A stretch of DNA of 63,370 nucleotides, the filler included, from Polymyxa betae A26-41 (lineage: Eukaryota; Protista; Endomyxa: Phytomyxea), in the NCBI GenBank assembly GCA_003693705.1. It is 6 parts of 6 records of this genome, joined end to end, with 100 filler letters (N's around TTAATTAATTAA, not from the genome) between each part and the next. Parts side by side here need not be neighbours in the genome. Positions count along the whole stretch, not along the records: positions 60,652 to 63,370 come from RBZT01000389.1; 5 more parts are not named here. One strand, 5' to 3'. The position numbers were made by a program, and so were the translations under genes. Below the pieces are notes generated by a model, which saw only the letters and a list, made by a program, of their open reading frames with translations, had not been told where the DNA came from and did no database searches. Positions 62,884 through 63,370 of this stretch are shown here, piece after piece. Numbering within the stretch: the first letter of the stretch is position 1; the number at the start of each line of letters is the position of its first letter.

Positions 62884-63370
62884 GATGCGGCATAATCTGT
62901 GAAATCGACACACTACTTCTATTGATTTGCTTTGATCATCGGTGCTGTAAAAGGTTGCTGTCATGAACGCACCCTGCTGCGGAACTTCTGCAGCTCAGTC
63001 CTCGGACTGACCGCTGTCTTTTCTACTGAGTACTAATATTACATTACAGCCTTTGCTGCAGCTGCCGAACTGAGAAAGTTCAGTTCGGTTAACGCACGTT
63101 CTGGACCTAAATTCTGTCCCCTTCTGATTCGTAGTCTTCTGGTGTTTGCTCTACTCTCTCTTGATACCCTTTGTTCTGTCCTTCGCCCCGCTAATTACTC
63201 TGTTCTGTCTTCGTCTCCTTCTTTTTATCACTACCGGTACGTTCATAACAGTTGCCCTGGGTATATCTTAATTTCATAATGAACCCAGCCATTCTTGCAT
63301 GTGTGTCAATATTTGTAGAATATTTCCAGAAAAAGACTCTTATTTTAGTATATATATAAACGGCCCTATA

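Overview
This is eukaryotic genomic DNA (GT-AG introns, a Pol III tRNA) from a gene-sparse, transposon-saturated region. The organism looks like an intron-rich microbial eukaryote, possibly a plant parasite such as a plasmodiophorid; this is inference only. Apparently intact genes are a multi-exon bleomycin hydrolase (peptidase C1B, 2923-5686, -), a 4-exon N-terminally anchored peptidase M3 resembling bacterial Dcp (36773-38779, -) and tRNA-Gln(CTG). Scattered among the TEs are frame-disrupted members of a signal peptide + F-box-like + ankyrin protein family (3 full copies, 1 fragment, and 1 separate gene with the same layout). The mobile DNA includes a four-level nest: Gypsy > hAT > piggyBac-like element > complete chromodomain Gypsy. 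The piggyBac-like transposase carries a YqaJ/lambda-exonuclease domain and a SAP motif inside its catalytic core. Other elements are long-spacer (about DD118E) and DD34E IS630-Tc1-mariner elements, PIF/Harbinger, Mutator, CryptonF, Copia and LINE remnants, and an endogenous CRESS-DNA virus Rep. Five N-gaps contain the artificial linker TTAATTAATTAA, so adjacency across them is unproven. All calls come from motif recognition by eye; no searches were run.
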